DNA of 64,000 bases from Lingula anatina (taxonomy: Eukaryota; Animalia; Brachiopoda): NCBI GenBank assembly GCA_051362555.1, contig CM120648.1:9544587-9608586 (forward strand). Direction: 5' to 3'. Positions 1 to 12,690 of this stretch are shown here, piece by piece (the first letter of the stretch is position 1; each line of letters opens with the position of its first letter). The notes under the pieces were generated by a model. The model made no database searches. It saw only the letters and a list, made by a program, of their open reading frames with translations, and had not been told where the DNA came from. Position numbers and translations under genes: made by a program.

Positions 1-402
1 CACCGTGATTACTTTATATGCCATATAAGTTTTTATTTTAAATACATATCTGAATTTGGGTAGCAACACTGCTCAGATATGATTTGCATTGAATGAACAA
101 TATTTTACCACACATTTTACTGCATAATTTCCAGGCCACTCAGATAAGTTTTGTTCAATATAACCGAAACATAAATTGTGCTACCATCTAATAACTACCT
201 ATAGTCTGTACTGTTGGGCGCTAGCCCTTGGCAATTGCCTACTAGTACTATAGAAGCAATAGCCATTATGGACTAGTAAAAAAGTTAAAATTTTACATAA
301 TACTGACGTAGTAACCCATGCCACTTGAAGACCATTGGCCTAAAATGCTTTTGACAGAGACTGCAGCATTGTGCTGATCAAAATTTTGAACATATTTCTT
401 AC

Positions 403-447
403 CACTTCTCACCTCTAGAAAGAGATCAATTTAGCTCTCAATTGGGC

Positions 448-486
<39 letters not shown>

Positions 487-581
487 ACGCACATGTGTAT
501 GCACATCTGAGTGTTTGCATGTATGCATGCACATGTGTGATGGGAGACTGGCTCTAATTTCAGTTCCTGGCAGACCAGTGT

Positions 582-673
<92 letters not shown>

Positions 674-2068
674 GACAGCTTCTGTGTGTGTAGGCATGCG
701 TTCACATGTGAGTGTTTGCATCATACAAGGCATCGTGCAATCGGGTATATGGCACAAATGAGGAACAACTCCTACCAGCACCTTATCCTTTCACAGAGCA
801 CCTGTGACAATGTCACAGAGCAGCTTATAACAAACTAAGACATGAAACCTCACTGAACCAAGCACTATCATATTTCATTTAACCATGCCTCGGAGATGGT
901 TATCTTTACTCGAGCGTTTTTTTTTTTTTTTTTTCACTTCTTTAATCTGATGAAATTATTTGCTGGTGTGTTGATTGTAAAACCTGGTGGAATGAAATAG
1001 TAGTAACTACTTCATGGATTGCAGTTAATTAAAATTGATTAGCAATTATCACCAAATCATTATATTTAATTTTAAATTAACTTTTTCATTAAATAGAATT
1101 AACACGACCGGTGTTTATGAACCATGATGAAAATGAATGAATTGTATACAAAATGTGATAGACAGACTAGCTTATTATATAATCATTCTTATTTTGACCT
1201 TGAAAAAGTACTTTTTTACATTCTTCTTAAAAACAAAGGCTGCCAACTGACATGTGTGCCTATGACTAATTTCATATAATGACAAAGATCAAGGAATTTG
1301 TTTTTTTTTTCTGAAATTGCACACCCAAAGTGTTAAACATGTTTCACATTTAAATCTGTGGGTTCTGCCATACTTGTACTGTATATATATATATATATAT
1401 AGAATATGATTTCTGTAAATACCTGATCTTTAGAACTGATACCACACATACTAGTAAGACCAATATATTTCCTCGTACAGTCACTCATCTTTGACAATTT
1501 CACTTTATTCTGGAAGACACACTTTTGGGAACAATCCTATAACTTTCAATTGTAAATTTTTGTTTTTCTTTCAAAATTTTCGAAACTTCCAATTTAAAAA
1601 AAAAAGCTGTTGAAAGGTGGGGTATTCAGATTAACCAAGTATAAAAGGATTGACATCACAGAAAAGCTAATATCATCTAAAACTATTTCACTGACCCCCA
1701 CCACCATCAAACCTAGCGCCCCCCCCCCCCCAAAAAAAAAAAAAAATTAAGTATTTGAGAGTTATAATAATTGTTACCAAATTTACCCAAATTTACAATA
1801 TATAAACACAACCATAGAAACACTTAAAAGCATGACATCAAACAATAACAAGGTGTATAGATACCCATGTAAAAGGTATCTTAAAGGCGTGACATGTACA
1901 ATATACTTAACATGGGAGTACAGGAGTTTTAAGATGTTCATTTCTGTGTTGACATATCACTATCTCCAGACACACAGTACCTCCCATACTGCAATAAGGT
2001 AACCAAGTTGAATTATGGAATGTTTTAAATGACACTGAACAAGTCCCAAGGTTATACCTTTTTTTTTT

Positions 2069-2099
<31 letters not shown>

Positions 2100-4160
2100 G
2101 GGTGCAGGGTGTGTGTGTGGATTTAGGACTCCCAAGTAAAGAAATGGGGATCACTTTTAAAGCTTTTATACTGCAGTGAACTAACCCGAGTTGAACAATG
2201 GATATGCTTTGAAATAAACAAAAATGTCAGGGTTAGGAGTAGATTCTTAACTTGGGGGGTACATGGGTAGAAGTCCGACAAATTAGTCTTCAACATAAAG
2301 AAATAGGCATCATCTTTACATAATCTGTGAGTCATTATGCTAGAAAATGGAGAGTAACTTTTCATGAAAGTGCGTCAAGGACCCTTTAAAATTTGTGTTA
2401 ATGGAAACAGGAACAGTCTAGCACTGTTGAAATACTGATAGTTGTGCAAACATCATTTAAATGAGCAAACTCATGCATGTTTCTGCATTGAAATATCTTC
2501 ATTCATCCTCTGTAGTACGTGAGGGAGTATTTTTGTGTTCATTTATTTATTTATTTAGAGAGAGAGAGAGAGAGAGGTTACATAACCATAAATTATAAAA
2601 AATACAAAATCTTATTTAAAATCTTTAAACTATACAGAAAGACATACATTGGTATGCTTAATCACCTACAAACAGTCACTTAAGTACAGAACCTTTCTTG
2701 TATTTAGGGAAAGAATGGGACTGCTTATGGGCTAACATGCTCTTTAACTGCACACCTTTAAATCACCACTTAAAAATGATTACAATATCTTCACTCAGTT
2801 TATAATGGGAGCTTTCACAATTCCTTCCAAAGTGGTAGAAAACACATACACTGTTCACACTGATTAATATTTTCAGCCTTATCTCTGTGCAGGGCCTACT
2901 GAAAACTCTTTAAGTTGTACACTTATACCTTTAAATCACCAGTTTCTGTATTGATTAAAATACCAACACCTATCTTGTAACCACGGCAATGAGACAGGTA
3001 CAACGTCAACCCGTTCAAGGTTCAATTCGTATCAATGCCAAATTATTGGGTTTCCATGTAAACAAAGCACCCATTGTCCCCCTGCTTATTCGAGCACTCC
3101 ATTGTAAGGGGGGGCTTATTTGAACAGTTGCCGTGGCAACACAAATATGGAATAACAAGGACGGTGAATAGAATCAATGACGGGAGCTTAAAACCAATTT
3201 TCTATGCCAGCAGTTTTATTTGAAGAACAAAGCTGACTTTCCTATTCGCAGTGTTCGATATGGCTTTAAGATGAATAGAATCACATTTAATGGACCTTTC
3301 TAAAGGAAAAGACCAAAAACTTTTACTTTTAATTCTAAAAGGCTCAAAACTGTTGTTTTGACTAAGTGAGATGGTGGGAGCCCATGTTTTAGCGGGAAAT
3401 AGAGCAATGGCTTTTCATTCAACACTACCTGCTGGAATTACATTCATAACTTTAGATTACACAACACTTAACTAAGGATTTAAAAAAGTTATTTATTACT
3501 TTTCAGAATAATGGGGAGAAATCAATTTGTCAGTGATATGAGGAGGGGCAAATTTTTGGTCATTTATAATAATGCTGCTGTGAGCCAAACCAATTTTCCA
3601 ATCAAGAATGACTGACCGATACTCTTGTCTGAATGTATACATGAACCTGTGGCAAACCTGGCTCTCAACTATTGATTACCTTAATCAATTATGATACACA
3701 TGTAAATTGAATCGAGCAGTGAAGTAACCACTCAATTATATTGACATCAAAGTGTGAATATGATTAGTGCAAGTGGCATCTCTCTCTCTCTCTCTCTTTT
3801 CCTCTCTCTCAATCCTGCATAAAATGAATGTGACATGTCTGACAGTATCTATAGCCATTATATTAAAAGAAACATTTGCATCTTTCTTTTGTCAAATTTG
3901 AAGTAACACAGATATGTTATGTGTTTCCCAATAATAATTTTACTCTAATTTAATATTTACCAATACCATAATGACATTTTTCCTCTATAGGGTATGTTCT
4001 TATTTCTTAGCACTTACCTTTTCTCATCAGACTTAAAGCTGTCCATCTATAATTTCAATATCTTAATTCATGATTATAATGATATCAAAACAAGAACCTC
4101 TTCTCTGAAGTGGAACTTCTCTACCCCCCCTCTTACTTCCCCTTCCTCCCTCCCTCCCGT

Positions 4161-4197
<37 letters not shown>

Positions 4198-5785
4198 TTC
4201 ATCTTTTCTGTCATTCACACTTCTGATGAAAAGACTATTTCAGCCAACATTTACCTTTAGTTGCAAAACATAACAAAATGTAATAATGTGAGAAAAATAC
4301 TAGGGACAGCTTGTCTACCACAAGTATTTAGTTTTTAGTTGTGACAACATCATATCACTGGATGCTTAAAAATTATATCAGCTTATCAGGTCAAAGTCCT
4401 TCATTTTTAAATAATAATCTGAGAACAATACTGCCAGTTTTGAAAATATGGCATTATATGGCAAAGTTAAAGATGCTTAATTTCAATTTGGTCCAAAGTT
4501 CTTACTGCTCACTAAATGCAATTATGATAATGACTAAGCCATCTAAATCAAAAACTTTAATATGGTTAAATATGAACCAAGATTAAAAACAGCATCTTTA
4601 AAAATTATAAAAATCTTTCATTGCATGTAAGATGTATTTCATTGTAGTCTACATCTTTTATGTCAGATTCTCTTTGAGATGCCTTTTTTTGTCAGAAATA
4701 ATAAGAATATATAACATAATCTTAAACAATATCAGTGACTCAAACACCAATTAGTTAACAAATAATTTCAGTAAATTGCAACTTAATAAATTCCGGAGTA
4801 AAACTGGCATAAAATGCTATCACTGCTTAACAGATATAACAGTACTATAGGTTCATGTAATATCTGTATAAAATCTTTTTTTCTTTTTTTTTTTTTACAA
4901 AAGTAACTTAAAAAGATTTTTTTGAAACCTCACCTAGGCTAAAATAAACAAAACACTTGATCCCTGGTCGAACTTTATCATTTTTCTGGCCCATAATGAT
5001 AAATCTGAAATTAATGTTAAAATATCCCAACACAACTGCTATTTATTGCCTTTGAACCCAAAATCTTATCACAAGATAGAAGACCTTATTGCATCTGGGC
5101 CCTTCACACTAGGACGACTGTCAAATTTGTTGGTTCAATATAAACGTTTAACCAGGACAAATTTGATAAGAAAAGTCTCAAAAGGCCCATTTTTATCTCT
5201 TCTCGTCAGCATTCCTAACTGCATTAAAAAAAATCCAAACTTAAAAAAAAGAAGAAAAAAGAAAAAAAAATGATATCAACTAAAAAGCGTGCTTGTCAAT
5301 GAAACCATGAATTAAAACAGCATAAAGCACCTGGGCCACTTAAAAGAGAATGTATTCTACCTACACTGTCTGTATATTTCTATTATTCAGACTACCCATC
5401 CTAATTTTGGATAAATTCATTAAAAACTAAGAAAACGTGTAAAAATATTTAATATCGATCAATGGCACAATAACAGTTTATCCTATCGCATTAAATGGGA
5501 TTGACAAGGTCAAAGTAGTACGAAACAGCGGAAAACGGCCCGTGTCGGTTACTCATAAAAATTAATCAATTTGGGTCGAAAAGTGCAAAAATCGCCCCAA
5601 AGTTTAATCGGACTTTTTCGGCTTCTGTTCTCGGTCGGTGGCAACTGTCTTGGATATTTGGGGCTCTTATTGGCACCTGTTTGCACTAATCTACTAGAGA
5701 GGTAGTCTCACTTCACACCTGATTTTAATTTTGATGATAAAAAAGTGAGTTTACTTACTAGCCCAGGTGAAACACTCGTACCCAT
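403..5785 (-). CDS. Putative 5' part of an unidentified gene divergent from LRRC23, built from very short exons
   Basis: Candidate exons 5759-5785 (ATGGGTACGAGTGTTTCACCTGGGCTA|GTAAGT), 4018-4046 (TAG|ATGGACAGCTTTAAGTCTGATGAGAAAAG|GTAAGT) and 403-414 (TCTCTTTCTAG|AGGTGAGAAGTG|GTAAGA) join in frame to MGTSVSPGLMDSFKSDEKRGEK... No recognisable domain. Confidence 0.4.
450..668. repeat. (GT)n and (CA)n microsatellites in inverted arrangement
   Basis: (GT)n at about 450-485 and (CA)n at about 591-668. Confidence 0.95.
2977..3140. promoter_or_regulatory. Cluster of three RFX X-box-like motifs
   Basis: GTAACCACGGCAAT (2977-2990), GTTTCCATGTAAAC (3050-3063), GTTGCCGTGGCAAC (3127-3140). Confidence 0.55.
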
Positions 5786-5920
5786 TCTCACACAGCTTTA
5801 CTTCTGCTACAGGTGAAATCTCGCAGATTCTCGTCAAACTGATCTCCAGCAATTTGGAAATTTGTCACACGGTTATTGTATAGCATACAAACGAAGAGTT
5901 TAGAACTTATTGGTAAAATG

Positions 5921-6015
5921 TGGTAAACAATGCTACTTTGAGGTCGATGTAATCTTTCAAGCTAATATTTATCCCAGGGCACCTTGTGGTAACTAAGGAA
6001 ACAGCCGCCATATTT
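5921..6015 (+). promoter_or_regulatory. LRRC23 proximal promoter: forkhead site, RFX X-box, YY1-like motif
   Basis: GTAAACAA (5923-5930), X-box-like GTAACTAAGGAAAC (5989-6002) and GCCGCCATATTT (6004-6015), all within 160 nt of the ATG. This is the expected FOXJ1/RFX arrangement for a motile-cilia gene. Confidence 0.65.
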
Positions 6016-6080
6016 GATCATCAACAACTTGGGAATAAGTGCTTCTCGTCTGCTACATATCAATTTTTTTCATTTACAAA

Positions 6081-7390
6081 ATGTCGGACCAGGAGGATTT
6101 TGGAGAACAAGAGCAAGAAGAGGAACAAGAAGCAGAAGGGGAAGAAGGTGAAGAAGAACAAGTAGAGGAAGAAGAGGTGAGCTTGATAACCGAAACTGAA
6201 AGGAACGTCAGTGCAAATTGCCACACTGATCGAAAACACTCACTGCTTATGCGACTTGATGGTCAAAGTTTCAATGGAAATACTGTAATTTGAAACTATA
6301 GGATTTCGGTAGATTTGATAATTCATTCCTGTAAGAGTCCTTTTTTCAACTAAGAAAAAAAAAAATCAGTGTATGTCTGTAATTCTCACGTATTTCTGGC
6401 GTGCAGTGTTGTTATTACTACATGTACAGGTATATATTAGATTCTCATAGTATGATTTACGTTAATGCATTTTACTTCATTCATCATTATATATTTGCCA
6501 TACAGAAAATTGAAGAAAACCCACTGACACAGGAGATCATCGCAGAATCACTTTCACTCCTTTGTAAAACTGGAGATGGACTTGCACATGCATATGTCAG
6601 AATAGACCTTCATGATAAGTAAGTTTTCTGGAAAATTGGCTCTCTGACTTAGTTATGATGCCTTGATATCCATATCCCATGCAGAATTTTAGAATACATG
6701 ACTCTGTGTGAAAAACCTTTCATACATGTAGCCTTTATAAAGTAAAGAATTTGAATTGATATCTACCTAATGAAAACCATGGTGTACAAATTGTATATTA
6801 AAGACAGAATTTCATATATAAGTATAAAGTGGACAAAACTGGTTTCATACAATTTTCTCCTCTGTCTTATAAATAGCCCTTTTTATGTCACATATATGTG
6901 TAATTTTCTTTTTCTACATGTATGTTCATTGATCATTTCAGGTCCCTTTCAGACATCAGCATCTTGAGTTCTTTCATTCATCTCCGATACATGGATATAT
7001 CTAAAAATAATCTCAAGGACTTAACCCCTCTCAATTCCCTAACACATTTGCTGACACTGAAAGCGGATGCCAACTTGCTCCAGAGTGCTCAGATGGAGGA
7101 GTTGCCATATCTTCAAGTGGCTAGTTTCAATCAGAATAAGATAAAAACCACAGAAGGAGTGAATCACCCACTTCTGGAACAGTTGTCTTTATCGTGTAAG
7201 TGAAACAAGGTCTCCATCATGAGGGCAGCTTATTTGTTTATTTATTTATTTTTTTTTGTTTTTATCTTAGTTTTTTCATTTTTATTACGGAGGGGTGTTA
7301 ATGCATCTAATGGAAATTACCTCTGATTTTTTTTTTTTTTTGGGGGGGGGAGGAAATTATGAACATTACTCCTTAATGAACAATACTCCT

Positions 7391-7434
<44 letters not shown>

Positions 7435-8982
7435 GGGGGGGGGAGGGTAGATGCACTTAATGAAAATAAATTAATTAGAAAAGATTTTTTTTAGATAATT
7501 TGCCTTTAATTGATTCAGCTGTTAACATCAACATTATGAAAAGTATTAGCAGCCCAATGTTAACAATTAAGATCAACAAGCCATGATTTGCCAATGCACC
7601 TACATCCAAGAAGAGACAAGCTTATAAATAAAAAGGGCTGGATACAATAAGGGGAGGGGCAAAAATAACTACCTTTTGGTTGCAAAAGGATCGATCTGAA
7701 TCAAAATCTGATCTAGGTTCTACACCATTTTTCAAGTGGGGTCAACTAATTAAGGTAGCAATAAAAGGTCCAAATTTTCAGAAAAAGACCTCCCCCTTCT
7801 GAAATTGCTAGTACCAGGTCTGGTAAAGATTTTCTTTATGTTATTGACCTGACTTATGTTCTCTTACAGTCAATGAGATCACATCTATCAGTGGTTTTGA
7901 CCCCAGCATCCTAACCAGGCTTCACACCTTGGAGCTCAGAGGGAACAAACTCAAATCTACAGAAGGGCTGTATCTGCCGAATTTGAAAAACCTGTTCTTG
8001 GTAAGTAACTTAATTCATGGATGGAATAGTTTTGCTGCATACTTTCCTGTTGCTCATGCATTTCGGTTTCTGCTTTGTGTTCCAAGATCCAGAAAAGCTT
8101 GTGAGAAAAACTAAGTTAATTTTGATTTATGTAAAAAAATGATATATTTAATATAAGTATGTACATTGTATGGTGAAAACATGAACTATGAATGAAAAAA
8201 TATAGAAACTAGGCAAGAAATTAGATAACCAGAGTTATTTTGTTGTCTGTATTGTTACCCTGAAGCTAAAGCTTTGTATTGTTACAAATTTAAATCAAAA
8301 ATTGTTTGAGCTTTCTTCATGAAAAGAAGCTAGAAATAATGTGGGTTGTTAAATTGTATTTGAATTTGTAAATATTTATTTCTTCAGGGTGCAAACTTGT
8401 TGACAGAATTGACAGGTTTAGAGAGGCTAGAAAACCTGCAGACTCTTCATCTGAGAGACAATCAGTTGGAGGCTCTGGATGGTTTCGCTGATACAAACAG
8501 ACGTTTACAGTACATAAATCTACGGTAAGAGCAGGTGTCAGACAAGGGAAATAATTTTATGAAACTCATGTAATAAGTTTGGGAAGAAAAAGGGTAGAAA
8601 TTGACCCCAATTTTTAAAAGTTTCTGTACTCCTTGGAGTGGGCACAATCTCACAGTTAATTGAGTGCCTGAAAACTGGAACTCTTTATGCTTGCCCACCT
8701 TATACAACAAACTTCATTATTAAACCCTAAATATTCTTGATATAAGCAGCAATCCCATTTATATCAATTAACTCAAATATATTTGTTTTAATCATAAATT
8801 CATCTGATTTTCACGTTTTGTATTTGTCTCCTCTACAGAGGTAACAATATAGCAAGTGCAAAAGAAATGAAGAAACTGCAGAGTTTGCCAATGTTACGAG
8901 CCATTGTGCTGACAGGTATGCCCTTCTCCCTCCCCTTCTCTCTCTCTCTCTCTCTCTCGTTTACACATGCCAGTGCTTGCAT

Positions 8983-9058
<76 letters not shown>

Positions 9059-12000
9059 AGCCAATAACGTGATATTAGATATCATTTCTAACTTCAACTT
9101 TAAAACTTGTCTCTATACAGAGAACCCATGCGAAGATGATGAACAGTGTAGGATAGAGGTCCTAGTTCACTTAAGACGGCTGGAGCGTCTAGATAAGGAA
9201 GAATACAATGAGGATGACAGAGAGGAGGCACAGCAATTGGCAGAACAACGGCGACAAGAGGAACTTGCAGCAGATGTAAGATTTAAAAAAATTTAATGGC
9301 CAATTTAAAATTGCTGAGCAATTATGTCATTCTTAAGGATACCTTTTGAATTCTGTTTTGCTAACAAAAAGCTCTCTGAGACCGAGTACAGCAACTGCTG
9401 GTCCAACAAAGTGTGGTGTTATCATATTGATTGTGGTAATTGTGCCGATGCTGTCGCAGCTAACACATTCTTCACACCTACACCCAGGCTATAGACACTA
9501 AATTGGAACTTTCGACAAAAGTTTTCTAATATTTAATATTCTAATATTTATTATCTTTTCTTCAGTGTAACATTTATGTGTTGATATCATAATGACCAAT
9601 TATCTACTTGGAAATTGCATTCTCTTTTACAACCTCTGATACAAATTTGCACTAAATTAAGTAGCTAGTTGTTTCCTTCCTTTATTATATGCATGAAATA
9701 TTCCTATCCACATTTTAAAACTGAATATTTCATGCTGTTTAAATTGATTGATCTTATGTTGCTTATTTCAAATTTTTGGACATTTACAGTGGTTATGTAC
9801 TATTTACTTCATTATTACAAATGCAGAAAATGCAAGTTCCAAGCTCTCTCATTGTATGTAAAATCATGTTTTAACTTGATGACTACTCATGAACTTTTGC
9901 AAGTACATGTGGTTGCTAAGTTACTGTATTTTTTGTACATAAAAAGAAATCCTCCACCTGGTTGCTAAGCAACCATCTGGATTGCCAGGTGACTAACTCA
10001 CTGTTACAGCCAAAGCACATTTATAATCTGGAGCAATTTATTCCATATAAAATATTCACTGTGTCTGAGTTTTGTTTTCATAGCACAGGATGAAATTGTC
10101 TGAGAAGCCTTTAGCAGCAGTGCAGTTAAAGACTCACATAGACTTTTAAAAACTTTGTCCAGTGTTTGGAAGCAAAACTCCAGATACATGTCACGCTAAT
10201 GTTGATCAAATGCTTCACATACAAAAATGTCATGCTGTAGCAATAATGTTTCAACTCTATTTTGAATTTTAAGGTTCTTTTGAATCCTTACTTAACCATA
10301 TACGGTTATTTGGAGTAGCTATTATCGTGTTTGGGATTTTTTTTTTACGGAAATATGTCTAGGATCTGCAAAAATATTATTTTTGAAAAATCTGTATGTT
10401 GTAACATTATTGAACAACAGTATCTTGCACATATCACTGAGGCCAGGTTGATGGAGTTGTTCTGGTTTAAAAAGATGAAAGTTTCAACCAATGAGCAAAA
10501 TCTGCATAATAAAATAATTATTCATTTGGCACTCTAATCACAAACTTCCCCAGATTATATAGATAGTAAAGATTTGGGGGGAGACAACTCCCAGGCAAAA
10601 GAAACTTAAATATTTGTGAAAAAGTAGATTTGCTTAAAAAGATTAATTAATTAATTAAAAAAAATAATAAAAGAGAGAGAGAAATTGAGAATAGTGCTCT
10701 CTTTTATCACACAGGCCTCAGTATATTGTTTGCTGCACCATGTTTGTTCTACCCTGAGATTCACAGCTTTGTATTTAGACTCACTTTCAAGTATTGAAAT
10801 TGATAGGGTCAAAGCATGATACAACCTGCAAAACTCGGGGCACATCCAGTGTTGGATTGCCTGGCGTAAGCAGTATAGTATCACTCAATGTATAGTCAAT
10901 GATGTGTTGTCATTTTGTAAAGAAGATTGCAAAATCTTACTGACTGAAAGCTGTGAGACTCGGGGTAAAATCGATGTTGTATTGTCATGTTTATGCACTA
11001 CTGTATCACTGACTGCACGCTTCCTAACTCTTCCGCACACAGGATACTAAAGCTGATGGGGAATAGATAACACTACTGTCACTGTGCAAGCACAAGCTAT
11101 CAGGTTAAGTATATTCATTTTGAGGATTTAAATTGACATCCACAGGTGGTTCCAGATGGTTAATCTCTGGCTCCAGGCAGACCCCTTGCCGAAACAAAAA
11201 TTTGTTATCACCCTCCTTTCCCCCCCCCTCCCCCACCCCCCCCCCCACCCCCCACCAGAAAGAAAAAAAAAAAGGACATGAAAATTAGTTATACAAAACC
11301 CTGAGGTCTACAGAGCAATGCAGTACAATTATCTTTATTTGGCCTCCTCCTCTCTCCTAAAAATCCTGGAACCATCTGGCTGGATATATTGTTTGTGGGC
11401 ACTCATTATTTATCAAAACAAGGATATTTTACTTCTAATTGCACCATATGTAACTTATGTAAGTTTTGATTTGCCTGAATAATGTCTGTGCAGTTTCTTC
11501 AATCTGTAGCTATATGAGAGTACAGTATTGCCTTCAATATTTTACTGGCCATTTGGTCTTAGTTCCTACTAATATAAGGAGAGTTCGGATATCTAGCTGT
11601 TGATTGAAGAAACTGAACGGACTACACCATGCAATTGTTTTAATTCTCTGCCCGGTTTTAGCAAATTGCTCCAAGTGTTGAGTTAAATGTTTTTTTTTTA
11701 ATTAAAACTGTTACTAACACCAGTATGGATTCATAATGAAAGGTTCTGATATTGGAAGCTGAAAAAGATGAAACTGTTCTGAATCTCTTTTTGAAAACTT
11801 GTATTTTTGAACATAATCAACAAGTATTTAGAATTATTTACTTCACCATGTAATGTTATGTTGATGGTTCTTGAAAATTTTCATCATTACATTGTACATT
11901 TTTTAAGTGTATTTTGCAAATTTATAAAAAAGGTTTTTGTATGGAGCATTGAGAGTTTACGGGGTGTGCCATATAAGTAATTATGTTAATAATTATTATT

Positions 12001-12064
12001 GTCACAATTATTTTACCAGGTTGGTGATGCAGAGATGATTGAGGATGAACCAGATGATGCGTGA
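6081..12064 (+). CDS. LRRC23: Leucine-rich repeat-containing protein 23 (motile cilium/flagellum radial spoke LRR protein), 8 coding exons, 335 aa
   Basis: Exons 6081-6176, 6506-6618, 6942-7195, 7870-8000, 8388-8524, 8839-8915, 9121-9275, 12020-12064. All introns are GT-AG and phase-compatible, total 1008 nt. Acidic N-terminus, then SLSLLCKTGDGLAHAYVRIDL (LRRC23 signature), tandem LRRs (LRYMDISKNNL, LHTLELRGNKL, LQTLHLRDNQL) and an LRRcap-like ENPC..RIEVLVHLRRLERLDK. Confidence 0.93.
8938..9056. repeat. (CT)n and (CA)n microsatellites
   Basis: Direct reading; LRRC23 intron 6. Confidence 0.95.
11143..11378. mobile_element. Degenerate CAG-ended MITE
   Basis: Inverted ends CAGGTGGTTCCAG / CTGGAACCATCTG enclosing C-rich and A-rich tracts. 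No clear TSD. Confidence 0.5.
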
Positions 12065-12684
12065 AGACAATGACAGTGGTTTCTTAACATTGCCATTGAA
12101 GAACTGAAGACTGTTTACACACGAAGAAACTGGATTGCTTCAGCATGAGGAGTCTTAGTCATCTTTCAGTGGAAATGTGGACCTTTTCTCATTTTCCGTC
12201 TTTCTTTCATTACTCTGGGCAAAAAATATTGTTGACATAGAACAAAACTGAATTTTTTTAAATTCTTATTTTGAACTCTGGTACCAGCAGTTTATAGATG
12301 TAGATGCAAAAACATCTTTGGAATAAGAGGCCTTGGTTTTCCGATTTGCATGGCATGTGAACTTTATAAGGAGAATAACAGGAAAGAAAAGAAAACGGTC
12401 ATGTTAATATTGTACAAAAATGCATAAAAAATGTATTTTGGAAACTGACCTTTTACTTTCAGAGTAAACAATTGCAATGAACTCTGGAAAAATTTACCCT
12501 CATTATTTTCAAAGAAAACGTGAAAATAATTTAGTCTTGAAAATCAAAGTTATGAACAGAAAGGAGGTTTTAAAAATTTTTGTATGGCTGTGGTATTATG
12601 ATAAGTATTTTTTGCGAGAATTACGGAAAAAAAGGCACTCTTTTTTATTCTTGTACAGAAATGTAAATATTTATATATTTGTGA

Positions 12685-12690
12685 AATAAA
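12685..12690 (+). terminator. Candidate polyadenylation signal of LRRC23
   Basis: AATAAA about 620 nt after the stop codon, followed by a GT/T-rich tract. Confidence 0.45.

Noticed and set aside
415-838. ORFs rich in CV, HT, ER or SL dipeptides here and near 8833-9097, 21941-22230, 44795-45189, 55009-56519 and 58142-58566
   Set aside because: Artefacts of dinucleotide microsatellites.
1881-2389. Possible Kolobok-type element (TTAA-AGG...CCT-TTAA); similar starts near 36288 and 61407
   Set aside because: Terminal matches are too short and degenerate to define an element without other copies.
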